A stretch of DNA of 64,000 nucleotides from NCBI GenBank assembly GCA_963848965.1, contig CAWKFG010000004.1, positions 736,001-800,000 on the forward strand. The letters run 5' to 3'. A model generated the notes under the pieces. That model saw only the letters and a list, made by a program, of their open reading frames with translations. It was not told where the DNA came from and made no database searches. The first letter of the stretch is position 1; each line of letters begins with the position of its first letter. This document shows, piece after piece, positions 40,573-50,600 of this stretch. Origin of the DNA: an uncultured bacterium. Lineage in GTDB: Bacteria > Babelota > Babeliae > Babelales > Babelaceae. Both the position numbers and the translations under genes were made by a program.

Positions 40573-42039
40573 TTATGCAGAAGGAGAGTCTTCTTTGTGC
40601 AGACTTTCATTAGTAAGAAGCTGTATAAAAGGTGAAGTGCTTGCAGTAAGAGTGCTTGCAAATATCTCAAAGTACAGATCTTCAGAACTTTCTATTGCTA
40701 AAGGTCCAAGAGATGTACCTGCTAATGTATCAAAGAGTGTTGTCTTTAAATTAATGAGCTTACACCACTCTTTATGATCCTCTTGCCAATCAGCTTTTTG
40801 ATGCTCTAAAGAACAGTAGTAAGTCTTATTGCAGCCTCCACAACGCTTAATTGAAACGTTTGGCGAAGCTTGAATCATACAGTAATGACAAAATTTTAGA
40901 CTGTAATGTTCATCAAGAGCAAGTAAAATAGTATAAGGATTAGTAGTATGGAGTACATATTTTACAAAAGCTCTATGTAAAGCTGATATTACTATATATT
41001 CTGAAGGTTTTTTAAATGTCTCTTCAAAGATTCTTTGGCCTATTTCATAAATACGGCCAAGTGCGTTTTTCCTCCGTAAGTCCATTTCACTATCACGAGC
41101 TTCCTTTATGATACTAAGCGCATTATTTAACTCTATTTCAAGAGTTACCGCAAGTGTTCTTGATCCATCAAGAGGAAGAAATGGAAAAGCATCACAGATA
41201 AGCTTTGCATTTTGCTTATCCTTCTCTTGTGCCATTATGGTGCGTGCTTTTACGCTACTTGGTTTCATATCTTTTAATTTTCCTAGCGCAGAGATGCAAG
41301 TCTCTATCTGTTGTCCTGTAAGACGTTTAACCGACAGAAAATAAAATGCTTGTCTAAGTGCACAAAGAGTTTGATCAGGAGCTGTAATTTGCGCCTTTTG
41401 TAATGACATTACGTACTGTTCGTACCGTTGCGCTAAGTGTACAAGCAAAGCTTGTACATCATGGAGTTTTTTTCTTTTTTGTTCTAAATAATCGCAGAAA
41501 TGCTTGAACAGATTCTTTTTGTGTAGTAGTGATTCTGCTTCTTCTTTACTTATAAATGCATCAGTACACAAAGAAATAAGCTCTGTTATATCCAAATTAT
41601 CTTTGTTTACTAGTATTTGATTAAGCTTGTCTACATTCACAAAAGGGCTTATATCTTTCTTAAGGCTTTGAATAAGAGCAATGATTGTACACCAGGTAAT
41701 AATTTTTTGTGCTCTTGGAGATTCTTTCTCTTCTTGAAGTACTTTTTGAATATCTTTTTGTATCTCTTGCTTCAGCAAATCATGTGGCTGAAGAGAAGAC
41801 TGAACAAGGAGCTCGCACTCTTGAAGTACATCGGCTTGTACTTTTTTAAGTGTGGTATAGAGGAGCTTTGTAGCTTTTACTTGTGCAGGAGTAGGCTTCG
41901 TGCTGTTTGGTACCTGAAAATTAAGCTCATCTAGTCTTGATAGGGTTATATGCTGATTGTTGGTATCATACAGTTGCATAGATAGAAGTGTATCTATATA
42001 GAGTAAGCTTATGCAAAAAGCAAAAAATACTTTTCCCAT
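40573..42039 (-). CDS. Exported protein with MYND zinc finger
   Basis: CHYC...KRCGGCNKTYYCSLEHQKADWQEDHKEWC; signal peptide. Confidence 0.8.
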   Translation of the reverse strand: MGKVFFAFCISLLYIDTLLSMQLYDTNNQHITLSRLDELNFQVPNSTKPTPAQVKATKLLYTTLKKVQADVLQECELLVQSSLQPHDLLKQEIQKDIQKVLQEEKESPRAQKIITWCTIIALIQSLKKDISPFVNVDKLNQILVNKDNLDITELISLCTDAFISKEEAESLLHKKNLFKHFCDYLEQKRKKLHDVQALLVHLAQRYEQYVMSLQKAQITAPDQTLCALRQAFYFLSVKRLTGQQIETCISALGKLKDMKPSSVKARTIMAQEKDKQNAKLICDAFPFLPLDGSRTLAVTLEIELNNALSIIKEARDSEMDLRRKNALGRIYEIGQRIFEETFKKPSEYIVISALHRAFVKYVLHTTNPYTILLALDEHYSLKFCHYCMIQASPNVSIKRCGGCNKTYYCSLEHQKADWQEDHKEWCKLINLKTTLFDTLAGTSLGPLAIESSEDLYFEIFASTLTASTSPFIQLLTNESLHKEDSPSA

Positions 42040-42425
42040 TCATCACACTTTCGCAAAAAATTAACAGTGGCTTATTTTACATTTTACAAATTAGCATTAA
42101 TTTTTCATTTTGACAAGAACACTTTAAACCATATCTATACGCAATGCATAAAACTCTAGAGATGGAGCTAGTGTTCCCTTAAGAAGAACAAAAAACGTAA
42201 AGGCTCATTGGCCCGATGCAATAGGTATTGGAGCTGCACTCCTTTAATAGTTTTGTTAAAGCAATTTCTTACAAGTCAAAGCTTCTGGTCATGAACAGAG
42301 TCAGTTGTATAAACCAGATAAGTAGGGTTTTCTTTGTGCAAGAGCCAAAAAACAAAAAAATGTTATGATTATAGAATAGAAGATAGGTGCAAGCACCGGT
42401 AACTTAAGGTAAAAAGAGAAGTCTT

Positions 42426-42908
42426 ATGAAAACATATACAACTATTCAAACAGCTCTAGGAAATATGATAGTGTTATCAAATCCTCATTCACTAGAAGGG
42501 CTTTATTTTGAAGGTCAAAAGCATGGACCAAAAATTGATGCAACATGGCATAATGATCCTACGAGTAAGCTATCCTTACTAGTAAGCACTCAACTACAAG
42601 AATACAGTAATGAAACAAGACAAGAATTTGATATCCCTTATAGCTTCCAAAAAGGGACCGATTTTCAGCAAAAAGTATGGAAAGCTCTTTTACAAATACC
42701 CTATGGCACAACAATGAGCTATCTAGAGCTAGCAGAACTTGTAGGATACCCTAAAAGTGTTCGTGCAGTTGCTGCAGCAGTAGGAAAAAACCCACTCGCA
42801 CTTATTGTTCCTTGCCACAGAATAATTGGTAGTAATGGCTCTTTAACTGGCTACGCTGCAGGTTTAGATCTAAAGAAAAAGCTTTTAACGTTAGAGAAAG
42901 TTCTTTGA
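42426..42908 (+). CDS. ogt: Methylated-DNA--protein-cysteine methyltransferase
   Basis: GTDFQQKVW..L..IPYG, RAVA.A...NP, active site PCHR, LTGYAAG. Confidence 0.95.
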   Translation: MKTYTTIQTALGNMIVLSNPHSLEGLYFEGQKHGPKIDATWHNDPTSKLSLLVSTQLQEYSNETRQEFDIPYSFQKGTDFQQKVWKALLQIPYGTTMSYLELAELVGYPKSVRAVAAAVGKNPLALIVPCHRIIGSNGSLTGYAAGLDLKKKLLTLEKVL

Positions 42909-42939
42909 TAAATTAAGAAACTTTCTTTGACTTACATTG

Positions 42940-43803
42940 TTAACTTGGCTTAATAACAAACTTAGCCAGCTCATTTATTACATCTTGTGGAAGCTTCTTT
43001 ATAAGATTAAAAAGTTCTCCTTGCGCTAGTAATAACTTAATGATTTCCTCGAGAGTAGCTAGCTTTCTTTCTTCTACAAATGTAGATTCACGTTGCATGT
43101 ATGCTTCTAACTCTTTTTTCCTTTCTGCTGCAATCTTAAGAGCCTGTGGCTCAACGTGTGCTCCAGAATAAATAAGGTGTTCTACCAAAGGCTTATTGAG
43201 TGTGTTTATAGCTACCAGAAGAGGTGTTTCTCTTCGCTCATTTTGAATTTCAGTACTAATACCTGCTTTTAAAAGTGAATCTACAATATTTTTAGCACGC
43301 GATCTTGGATCAGATTCCTCAGCAGCAGACCGCGGATCTTGTACTTTTAATACAAAGCTCTCTGGACTTTCTACCGCCTGCCATAAAAGAGTCTCTGCTT
43401 TTGCTCGAACTTCTGGATTACTAAAAATAGCACTTCTTAATTCTTCATGAGCTGCATGCGTTCCTAATAATGCAAGCATAAGTAGTTTAGCTTGTTGACG
43501 ATCAGTTAAAGAAGGAAATTGAGAACGGGAAAGAATCTTATTGATAATACTCTCTACCACCTCTGAAAGTTGTAGCCCTTTAAACTCCAATAAAAAAGGC
43601 TTTAAACGATGAGCAATAAGATTAATTGTGTTGTGTGTCGAAAGATAACCGTGCCTTTTTAATGTGTCTTCTATAAGGTTCTCTATGGTAGGTATAACTG
43701 GCTCTTTTTGTAGCTCTAGTGCAAATCTTGTTCTTGTAGCAGGCTCCATACCATATAAACTACAGTAACAGATAGAAATACTTATAATTAACTTTTTATT
43801 CAT
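42940..43803 (-). CDS. Exported ankyrin-repeat protein
   Basis: ETPLLVAINTLNKPLVEHLIYSGA; signal peptide. Confidence 0.75.
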   Translation of the reverse strand: MNKKLIISISICYCSLYGMEPATRTRFALELQKEPVIPTIENLIEDTLKRHGYLSTHNTINLIAHRLKPFLLEFKGLQLSEVVESIINKILSRSQFPSLTDRQQAKLLMLALLGTHAAHEELRSAIFSNPEVRAKAETLLWQAVESPESFVLKVQDPRSAAEESDPRSRAKNIVDSLLKAGISTEIQNERRETPLLVAINTLNKPLVEHLIYSGAHVEPQALKIAAERKKELEAYMQRESTFVEERKLATLEEIIKLLLAQGELFNLIKKLPQDVINELAKFVIKPS

Positions 43804-44024
43804 TTCTAACCTCTTTAATAAAATAATATATCTATTATAATTAATATAAGGCGATAGAACCTATAAGTCAATAATTACTGGACGGCATTGGACTCAAATT
43901 ATACTACGGAGCTAGCCACAAAGTTTGTATTTACTTTATCTTTGAGTGCATTTGATTGATGGTAAGAAATTTGATACTTTTATCCTATAATTGAGCCTTG
44001 GTATAAATTTTATAAGACCTTACT

Positions 44025-44618
44025 ATGAACCCTATTTTATTAGACTTACCAGTTCCTATTCAAACTCCCCGTCTTCATATTCGGCCTCCACAGCCAGGCG
44101 ACGGCTTACTAGTAAATCAAGCTATTTTAGAGTCGTTTGAAACTTTGCATCAATGGATGCCATGGGCCGATCATAAACCGAGTATCGCAGAATCAGAAAC
44201 ATTTGTCCGTACTGCGCAAGCACAATGGATTTTACGACAAGAGTTAACATTGTTTATCTTTGACTCTTCACAGACAACGTTCTTAGGAGCTACGGGCTTT
44301 CATACCATAAACTGGAAATTGCCGAGTTTTGAAATTGGTTATTGGATTCGTTCATCTTCTAAAGGACAAGGTATTATAACAGAAGCAACAAATGCTCTTA
44401 TAAGATACGCTTTTAGGCAACTAAAAGCAGTACGTGTAGAAATTAAATGTGATGAAGACAATACAGCAAGTAGAAGAGTTGCCGAAAAGCTCTCATTTAC
44501 CTGCGAAGGGATACTCAAAAACAGCGGGGTTAAAACAGATAATAAAACTATCCGCAATACAGTACTCTATGCTCGTTATGCTGCTGATAATCTATCATCT
44601 TTAGAAGTATCTTGGTAA
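44025..44618 (+). CDS. RimJ/RimL-family GNAT acetyltransferase
   Basis: IQTPRLHIRP, FEIGYW...GQGIITEA, N.ASRRVAEKLSF..EG. Confidence 0.9.
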   Translation: MNPILLDLPVPIQTPRLHIRPPQPGDGLLVNQAILESFETLHQWMPWADHKPSIAESETFVRTAQAQWILRQELTLFIFDSSQTTFLGATGFHTINWKLPSFEIGYWIRSSSKGQGIITEATNALIRYAFRQLKAVRVEIKCDEDNTASRRVAEKLSFTCEGILKNSGVKTDNKTIRNTVLYARYAADNLSSLEVSW

Positions 44619-44693
44619 AGTAGTATCTTTGCGCTGTTTATAGCACATCATTTATTATGGATAAAGTGTAAAAATACACAGAAGGATCTTTTT

Positions 44694-45491
44694 ATGGAAC
44701 AAAATGATAAAAAGCTAGAAGCTACTATCGAAGAAACAAAAAAGATATGGCAAGAGCTTGGTATATGGTGGTCAGAAAGCACACGTGAAGGCGATGCCTT
44801 TCACAAGGAATTTATTTTCCCTTATATACAAAAATTAGCTCATGTAAAAAGCGGTGATGTTGTTTTAGATGCAGGGTGTGGTAGTGGTGCATTAGCACGC
44901 ATACTTGCAAAAGAAGGTGCCAAAGTAGTGGCCGTAGATTTCAGCTCAAGCTTACTTAAACAAGCTCAAGAGTATAGCAAAGGGTTAAATATTGATTATC
45001 GAGAAGTTGATCTTACTAATACAGCACAGCTAAAAGCTCTCAGTAATGGGTCTCAATTTGATACAATCATATGTTCAATGGTGCTACAAAATATGCCTAC
45101 AATAGAGCCATTCATTGCATCATTACAACACTTATTAAAGCCCACTGGAAGCTTTATATTTTCTATTCCTCATCCGTGCTTTAATACAGAGATGGTAAAG
45201 TATAATATTTCGCAAACTAATCTTCCTGCTGGCACGTTTGTAACAACAAGTAATTATAGTACAACACAAGTATTCAGGTTAAAATCAAAACCGCATCAAC
45301 CTATAGAACAGCTTTCTTTTGATAGACCATTAACTGAGATATTTAACACTTTGCTTAAAAACAAACTTGTTATGAATGGCTTTGAAGAGCCTGTAACAAA
45401 CCCAACAAGCACGTCAGAGCATAAAGGATTCTGGCATACTTATCCTTATATTCCTCCTGTTCTTATAGCTCGTTGGATATTATTACCATAA
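44694..45491 (+). CDS. Class I SAM-dependent methyltransferase
   Basis: VLDAGCGSG, VVAVDFS, FDTIIC.MVL, LKPTGSFIFSIPHPCF. Confidence 0.9.
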   Translation: MEQNDKKLEATIEETKKIWQELGIWWSESTREGDAFHKEFIFPYIQKLAHVKSGDVVLDAGCGSGALARILAKEGAKVVAVDFSSSLLKQAQEYSKGLNIDYREVDLTNTAQLKALSNGSQFDTIICSMVLQNMPTIEPFIASLQHLLKPTGSFIFSIPHPCFNTEMVKYNISQTNLPAGTFVTTSNYSTTQVFRLKSKPHQPIEQLSFDRPLTEIFNTLLKNKLVMNGFEEPVTNPTSTSEHKGFWHTYPYIPPVLIARWILLP

Positions 45492-45576
45492 GGTTCAACT
45501 ATGCTTGGCAGTACCCACAAGGTTTTTGCTAAAAATTTCTCAACTGCAGCATAGACTATAAATGATTTATACAGTA

Positions 45577-46239
45577 TTACACCTGAATACGATATTTCTT
45601 ATCTTCTTCAAGAACAAATCTTCCTTGTAGATATTGAGCAAAATTCTGCTTTCTCAAAATAAGAGAATCATACCCAGTCTTAAGAGGCCTTAAAGCAAGT
45701 CCTTGAAGAGATTGTTCCATAGCTTTTTTAACCATTTCTAAAGAACTCGTATCCTCTGCCATAAGTTCTATTTCAAGAAATGTTCCAAGATTAACAACTT
45801 CATCTACTGTTATTTTAAATTCATCAGCTTTATAGGATTTTCTCATTTTATCAACAATACGATGTTCAATAAGCTGATTAGCTTGCTTAAGTAACTCAAA
45901 ATTAGCATTACTTAAAGTATTAAGCTCAATAATATGAAGTATTTCGTTTAATCTTCCTAAATCACTTTCACGAAATGGTAACGCAAAAGAATACTCTTCA
46001 CAATAAGGCTGTAATTCAAGCGTTGGATCTTTAATACATTCTCGATTAAACTTTATATCTACCTTTTTATTATCCCGTATTCGTATGTAAATCCCTTTCC
46101 TGATAAGATCTGCATCCTGCGTATCTAAATAAACATCAACCACCCGCTTAGTGCTTACATGCTGCAACTTTGCAGTAAAATCTGATAATTGAGAGCTATC
46201 TACTATCCCGTATCGCAGTTCTATTTCTATAGTTTTCAT
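45577..46239 (-). CDS. CYTH-domain (triphosphate tunnel) protein
   Basis: EIELRY, DVYLD, IRIR, VDEV.NLGTFLEIE; start reassigned to MKTIEIE (AGGAG RBS). Confidence 0.8.
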   Translation of the reverse strand: MKTIEIELRYGIVDSSQLSDFTAKLQHVSTKRVVDVYLDTQDADLIRKGIYIRIRDNKKVDIKFNRECIKDPTLELQPYCEEYSFALPFRESDLGRLNEILHIIELNTLSNANFELLKQANQLIEHRIVDKMRKSYKADEFKITVDEVVNLGTFLEIELMAEDTSSLEMVKKAMEQSLQGLALRPLKTGYDSLILRKQNFAQYLQGRFVLEEDKKYRIQV

Positions 46240-46434
46240 AGCGCTCTCCTTTTGCATTTAGGATACACCTATACCACCAAAACCTGCTCACATTATAGCA
46301 CATTTTAAAGAGTACAAAAACAAAGCCAGTATAAAACTATGAGTAACCAACTGCTCCTTTAGTACGTTTGCAAAAATCAAAAAATACAGTAATCTTAAAG
46401 AAAAATTATTTTATTAATTCTATGAGAAAATCAC

Positions 46435-47658
46435 ATGAACAAACTAATAAAACCAGTTCTTTTACTTTTTACAACTATTTTCGTTCAGACATTGTATCCT
46501 TTTTCTTCATACCGATTACTCAAAAATGGGCAAAGTAACTATGTTCTTCTTTTAGGAGAGATTCATAACTCTGTTGCAAATCCTACAAGAACTGATGTAG
46601 AGACATTTATTCAAACTTTCCTCAAGTATGAATTGAGCAAGCCTATACCATGTGTTGTAGAGCTTGGTAAAGAAGCTCAATCTCTTTTTATGACAGGTAA
46701 GCAACCTGAGGATATAACAGTTGGTAAAACATTTGTTCAATTAGCAGAATATGCACAAACCTATAAAGATGCTCTTAGTTCTCGTCTTAGCTTTGTCCTT
46801 TACGATCCACGAGAACTTGAAAGTGACATAATCAATTCAACTAGCAGTATGCTTTCTCGAGAAATAAAAACACTTAAGTATAATTTTCTTCCTTTTCCAA
46901 ACTCTTTAGAATGGCAAGCGGATAAAAACAAGATTATTTTAACAAGTCATGAGCCGCTATCTCTTTATACTTACTTTTCAAATCTTGGAGACTATCATAG
47001 AAAAATATGTTTTATGAGAGACAGGTTTGCTCTTGACTCTCCTTTTTTACCTATTTTTAATGCTCATATTACTTCTTTAGAAAAAGCAATTTTTCAGGTG
47101 CTCAATTTATTCACTAATATAGATCCAAACATGCGACTAGAAACTGCTCTATTAACACTTTTTGACAGATGTGTCTCATTGCCTGCACAAGAAGCATGGA
47201 ATCGCTACACAGAAGTTATTAAGCTTTTGTTGGATACGGTTGATTATCCGTACGCTCAAATTATGTTTTTAGGCAAACTTCTTGAGTTACTTCAGAATTC
47301 ACGAAAAGTTATTATGATTTTAAGTGAAGATCATGCAGTAAAGCTTTCAGAATTTCTTCAAAAAGGTGGTTATACGCTTTTAAGAGAAGAAGTTATTTTT
47401 AAAGAAGCTGAAGAAAGTTTAAGGAATGCTCTTTCCGTTGGAATCGATGGTTGGCACACAGACTTAGTAAAGCTTGCTACTTTTTCTAAGCACTTAGCAG
47501 AAGAGCTTGAAATCTTCTTAGAAAAACAGTTCCCTTGTACTGTATGTCAAAAAAAGAGTGAAAAAAAAGTCTGCTCTCAATGCAGGACAACTTATTACTG
47601 TAGTAGCCAATGCCAACGATCACATTGGCCACAACATAAGTTAACATGCAAGAAGTGA
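46435..47658 (+). CDS. Exported protein with C-terminal MYND zinc finger
   Basis: CTVC...VCSQCRTTYYCSSQCQRSHWPQHKLTC; signal peptide. Confidence 0.82.
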   Translation: MNKLIKPVLLLFTTIFVQTLYPFSSYRLLKNGQSNYVLLLGEIHNSVANPTRTDVETFIQTFLKYELSKPIPCVVELGKEAQSLFMTGKQPEDITVGKTFVQLAEYAQTYKDALSSRLSFVLYDPRELESDIINSTSSMLSREIKTLKYNFLPFPNSLEWQADKNKIILTSHEPLSLYTYFSNLGDYHRKICFMRDRFALDSPFLPIFNAHITSLEKAIFQVLNLFTNIDPNMRLETALLTLFDRCVSLPAQEAWNRYTEVIKLLLDTVDYPYAQIMFLGKLLELLQNSRKVIMILSEDHAVKLSEFLQKGGYTLLREEVIFKEAEESLRNALSVGIDGWHTDLVKLATFSKHLAEELEIFLEKQFPCTVCQKKSEKKVCSQCRTTYYCSSQCQRSHWPQHKLTCKK

Positions 47659-47668
47659 CATACTTTAA

Positions 47669-47691
47669 GCTGCCACCTCAATAGTGGCAGC
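47669..47691. terminator. Hairpin between convergent genes
   Basis: GCTGCCAC/GTGGCAGC stem. Confidence 0.55.
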
Positions 47692-47697
47692 ACTGTG

Positions 47698-50600
47698 TCA
47701 TTTTTTATCTGTTTTCTTTTTTATCTCATCTTTTAGAAGCTTGATAACGTGTTTATCCTTCCAAAACTCTGCAAGCTGCATAACATCTTGTCCTGTTGAG
47801 CATCTCAGTGATACATCAAGATGAGGAACTTTTAAAAGCATTTTTATTATCTCTAATTTATTTGCTCTATACTCGCTCATTATACCCTTATTTTTTTGTA
47901 TAAAAGTTTTCTTTGCTTCACTCAATATTTTATGAGGCTCAACTTGGCAAGCACTCATAAGCGGAGTTGCTTTTTGTGCATAGGTCTGAATATTAACATC
48001 TGCCTTATGAGCAAGAAGAAGTGCTGCTATTTCTTTGAGGCCCAGAGAACATGCATAATGTAAAGCAGTACAACCTGTATCATCTTGGCTATCAACAGAG
48101 GCTCCAGAATCAAGCAGAAGCTTAACCACCTCTGGTAAGTCATGTTGTACTGCCCATCCAAGTGCAGTACGTCTTAGATTATCAACTTTATTTACATCAG
48201 CTTTATGTTCAACTAAAAGCCGAACAACTGCTTCTCTTTGTGCCTTTGTAAGCACATCATGAGGAGCTGAACACATACATATGAGTGCTGTTCTTCCATC
48301 TCTTGCACTTATATTAGTATCTGCATTATGTGTAAGAAGAAGTTTCATAATAGAGGAGTGTCCATAACTACTTGCTACCATTAAAGCAGTTAATCCTTCA
48401 TTATTTTGCCTATTAACATCAGCATGATAGTCAAGCAAGAGTTTAACACGTACTTCATTATTATTCTGGCAGCATAGTATAAGAGGTGTGTTACCTTGCT
48501 CATTTGCGCAATTAACATTAGCCTTTTGCTCGAGTAACAACTGAGCTACTTCTTTGTGATTATGCTGACAAGCAAGTAACAAAGGAGTTGTTACTGGAGC
48601 TTCATTTGCAGTAAAGCGTAAAAGCGAAGAAAATAATCCTTGTCGTGGCAACGATCCATTAACACATGCTCCATTTTTAATGAGCATACGCGCAATCTCA
48701 GCGTTACCTGACCTTGCAGCCCCGTTAAGAGCAGTCTGCCCACTAGCAGTTACTGCATTACTATCTGCACCATAGTTTATAAGAAGACGCACCACTTCTG
48801 GATTAGGCTCTGGTAAATGACATGCAATTATAAGAGCAGTAATACCCTCTTTAGCTCTCTGATTTACGTCAGCACCATATTTAAGAAGCGTCTCAATAAT
48901 AGCGCTATCTACTTCTTGTAAAACAGCTTGCAGCAGTAGGGGATTACCAGTTGCTGGATCTACAATCATAGTATTTAAGTTTGGCTTTACTATCCCAAGA
49001 ATTTTCTTTAGATCATCAGCAGTACCGCCATAGAGACAAACAAGAGGTACTAATGCTGGAAGATTACTTTTATCAATACGGAGGAATTTATCATCTTTCA
49101 TAGTTCCATTACGCACAGCCTCTTGCATATGGGGGTCTTGCAATGAATCCTTAATCCTAGACACAAAAGTGAAAAAATGTTGTGCTAAAACGAATAAGAG
49201 GCTATCAGGAAATTCTTCAAAGCCTATGCAAACCTTATAGTTCCCTTCAAATACTGCATAAGTAAATAGTACCGACAAAGTATCCTTATGGTAATGATCT
49301 ACTATATAGTTCAAAGAATCAAATTCGGTATGTTTCATAAGATCTTGTAAAGGAACAGATATCCTCTTTAAAAGGTGTTCAAGAAGTTGTGGAGCACGAT
49401 TCTTTACCAAGGTAGCAAGAACATGCGCTTTAACTTTAAGAGAAAGCGATACAAAATCTATCTCTTTATCAAGAGCATCAAAAAGCGCTTGACTATTAGT
49501 GTGCGGTGCTTGACATACCTTCCCTAATAAAGCAGTTAACTGCTGCATTCCATAAACTTCAAGCAGCTTTTGGATACCGCTCGATATATGCTTTGTTATA
49601 GTAAATGCATTTTTGCTTTCGTGACTGCGCAGAAATACAGAAGCTCCTTTAACAAGAAGCTTTTCTACTAAAGATGCTTTACCACCTTGTATAGCTATTA
49701 TAAGAGCTGTTATACCTTTCTTATCTTGTTGATCTATAATAAGATCCTGCTTTGAAAGGAGTATAGCAACTGCTTCTTCATTATTACGCTCTACAGCAAC
49801 CATAAGCGCGGTTCTACCAAGAGGGTCACTATAGTTACTAGTAGTAGATCTATCTTTTTGAAGAGTCTCAACATCATTGCAATAAGCTGCAATCATTAAA
49901 GGTGAATAGCCCAGTCTTTGTAAGCGCTCTACTTCGCTTTTTTGTTCTTGCAAAAGCGTAGTACGCTGTTTTTCCTGTTTTGCATATTCTTCTTGGGTTA
50001 TATGCGATTGTAATTCTTTTAAAGCATTGCTATCAGCAGGTGCATAATTTATAGCAGTTTTACCAGAATTATCTTGCTCATGAAGTTGTAGACCTTTTTT
50101 ATAAAGGTAAGTAATAAGTGATGCATGATCTGATAGAGCTGCTATCATAAGAGCATTTTGACCTTTACCATTTTTGTATGGTAAAACAGAAGGATAGAAA
50201 GTAAGAAGCTGCTCAATGACAGGAAGTACATTATATCGTATTGCCTCTAAGAAGAGCTCTCCAGCCTGAGTCTGAGAAAAATTGATAACACGCTTTTCTA
50301 TAAAAGATAAAAAATATCCAAGAGAGCCTGCGTTTTGCAAAGCTTTTGTCAACGCATAGGGGTAATTAATACCGATGAATGCAAGAAGATTAGTATAATT
50401 TCCTCGTTGTTCTTTATACTGAACTTCGAGGAGTTTTAAGAACCATTCTTCAATAAGCTCTCTTTTTAGAGAGTGATGTTGTATGAGAGTTGAAAATATG
50501 CCTATATTTCTAGTAAATGCTAACGTAAGTGCTTCATGATATACTTCAGGAGCTCTCTGTAATGGTGCTTTTAACAACTGTTCTACAACAGTAGCTTTAC

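Noticed and set aside
42040..42425. Possible ncRNA or gene remnant in the 386-nt intergenic gap
   Set aside because: No recognisable riboswitch, tRNA or protein motif by eye; an Rfam/BLASTX search would be needed.
44025..46239. GNAT, methyltransferase and CYTH genes as lasso tailoring enzymes
   Set aside because: They lie more than 9 kb from the lasso genes, separated by unrelated genes and terminators.
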